Shown here piece by piece: positions 62,910-64,000 of a stretch of 64,000 nucleotides of DNA. The stretch is taken from positions 256,001 through 320,000 of the forward strand of contig CAVTHS010000010.1 in assembly GCA_963734535.1 (NCBI GenBank), in the 5' to 3' direction. The stretch comes from an uncultured Chloroflexia bacterium (GTDB lineage Bacteria > Chloroflexota > Limnocylindria > Limnocylindrales > CSP1-4). The number at the start of each line of letters is the position of its first letter. Position 1 is the first letter of the stretch. A program made the position numbers and the translations under genes. The notes beneath the pieces were generated by a model. It was not told the DNA's origin. It saw only the letters and a list, made by a program, of their open reading frames with translations, and ran no database searches.

Positions 62910-64000
62910 GATCGTCCTCCTGCGGCGCGGGCTGCGGCCGGGCGGTTGAGCAGGCTTGCCTGCTCCATCCGCCGCTGCAGCGATCTACGGGTCTCGTTGT
63001 GGTGTTGTTCGTCGGTCATGAGGCGCTCGATGGTCGGTCGGTCGTTCGCCCGCTCGGCCTCGCCGAGCTCCACGCGGGTCCAGCGGGTTCGCTCCTCCAG
63101 CCTGTCGAGCTCCAGGCGGAGCAGGCACTGCTCGATCCCCTGTGACGCGACGCGGAGATCCGTGGTGCCGGCATCCGTGCCCGCGTCGCGCCGCTCGAGG
63201 AGCGCGACGAGGAGCGCCTGCGTCTCCGGATCCGCCGCGAGGCGGGCGAAGACACGCTCGGTCGTGTAGGGCGGATCCTCCCGGAGCGCGAGCATCGCGG
63301 TCCAGAGCTCGCGGGCCGGCTGGCTCGGCAGGTCGGCCGGGGCAAGCCGTTCGGCCGTGGCCCCCTGCGTCTCGGGGACCGAGAGGAGAAAGCGGAGCAG
63401 GTCGCGCTCCACCGGGTCGATGGCCCGGAGGACGGCCTTCGGATCGAATGCGTCGGGCGAGGCGAGCACCGATGCCGCCGAGATCCGGCCCTCGCCGGCC
63501 CCGGCCGATCCGCCGCGAGCGGCCTCGGGCGCGCGGTGCAGCGACTCGAGGAGCACGCGCTCCTCCACGCCCGACACCTGGCGGAGCTGCTGGAGGTAGC
63601 CGTCGCGGAGGACCGGGTTCCGGACCGTTCGAAGCGTGGGAAGGATCGCGTCGATGAAACGCGCCCGACCGCCGGTGGTGCGCAGGTCGGCCGATCGGGC
63701 ATGGAACTCGATCAGGTACTCCACGATCGGCGCGGCCGTGCGGATCGCCTCGCGCCACGTGTCGGGCGCGTCACGGATCACCTCGTCGGGATCCTTGCCG
63801 TCCGGCAGCCGGGCAACCCGGACCTCGTCGAGCTCCACGCCCGCGTCGGCCGCCGCGAGCTGGCGCGTCAGCTGCTCCAGGGCGGTCACTCCCAGGGTCC
63901 CGGCACGCTCCCCCGCCGGATCAACGTCGTAGGCAAGCACGATCTTCTTCGCGGCGTAGCGGGTCAGCAGGGCCACCTGGCCCGGCGTGAGCGCGGTGCC
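62906..64000 (-). CDS. dnaG: DNA primase, C-terminal part (runs off the window)
   Basis: GTALT, LAYDVDPAG and LPDGKDPDE TOPRIM motifs; upstream of rpoD. Confidence 0.93.
   Translation of the reverse strand, partial: GTALTPGQVALLTRYAAKKIVLAYDVDPAGERAGTLGVTALEQLTRQLAAADAGVELDEVRVARLPDGKDPDEVIRDAPDTWREAIRTAAPIVEYLIEFHARSADLRTTGGRARFIDAILPTLRTVRNPVLRDGYLQQLRQVSGVEERVLLESLHRAPEAARGGSAGAGEGRISAASVLASPDAFDPKAVLRAIDPVERDLLRFLLSVPETQGATAERLAPADLPSQPARELWTAMLALREDPPYTTERVFARLAADPETQALLVALLERRDAGTDAGTTDLRVASQGIEQCLLRLELDRLEERTRWTRVELGEAERANDRPTIERLMTDEQHHNETRRSLQRRMEQASLLNRPAAARAAGGRS

Overview
A very GC-rich bacterial chromosomal segment of mostly core genes. Gene content and order suggest Chloroflexota, possibly Limnocylindria-like; this is an inference. 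From left to right it carries: an ABC exporter; small membrane and lipoprotein genes; tRNA-Val; a minus-strand dcw cluster (mraZ-rsmH-small ORF-ftsL-ftsI-murF-mraY-murD-ftsW-murG-murB-ddl-ftsQ-sbp-ftsA-ftsZ-yggS-yggT-DUF167, with no murE, murC or sepF); RNase P RNA; and an apparent RNase HI-metallo-beta-lactamase fusion with a beta-clamp-like motif in its linker. Next, sdhCDAB diverges from sucCD across a repeat-rich spacer, followed by a propionyl-CoA carboxylase / methylmalonyl-CoA mutase / epimerase operon, parAB preceded by DnaA boxes, a UbiA/PlsC lipid operon, and a LiaF/PspC/GIDE/LemA envelope operon. The rest holds xfp-ackA, an RlpA-like protein, TauE, tRNA-Asn, a rhodanese, a GH130/GT4 pair, an XRE-HTH/PD-(D/E)XK-like gene followed by a 16-bp tandem array and a structured non-coding region, and rpoD-dnaG. 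Around a dozen single-base frameshifts, several in essential genes, point to long-read assembly errors, so fusions and gene ends need confirming. The best candidates for something new are the RNase HI-clamp motif-MBL fusion, the HTH-nuclease/repeat/structured-RNA module, and the phased palindrome array between sdhC and sucC.
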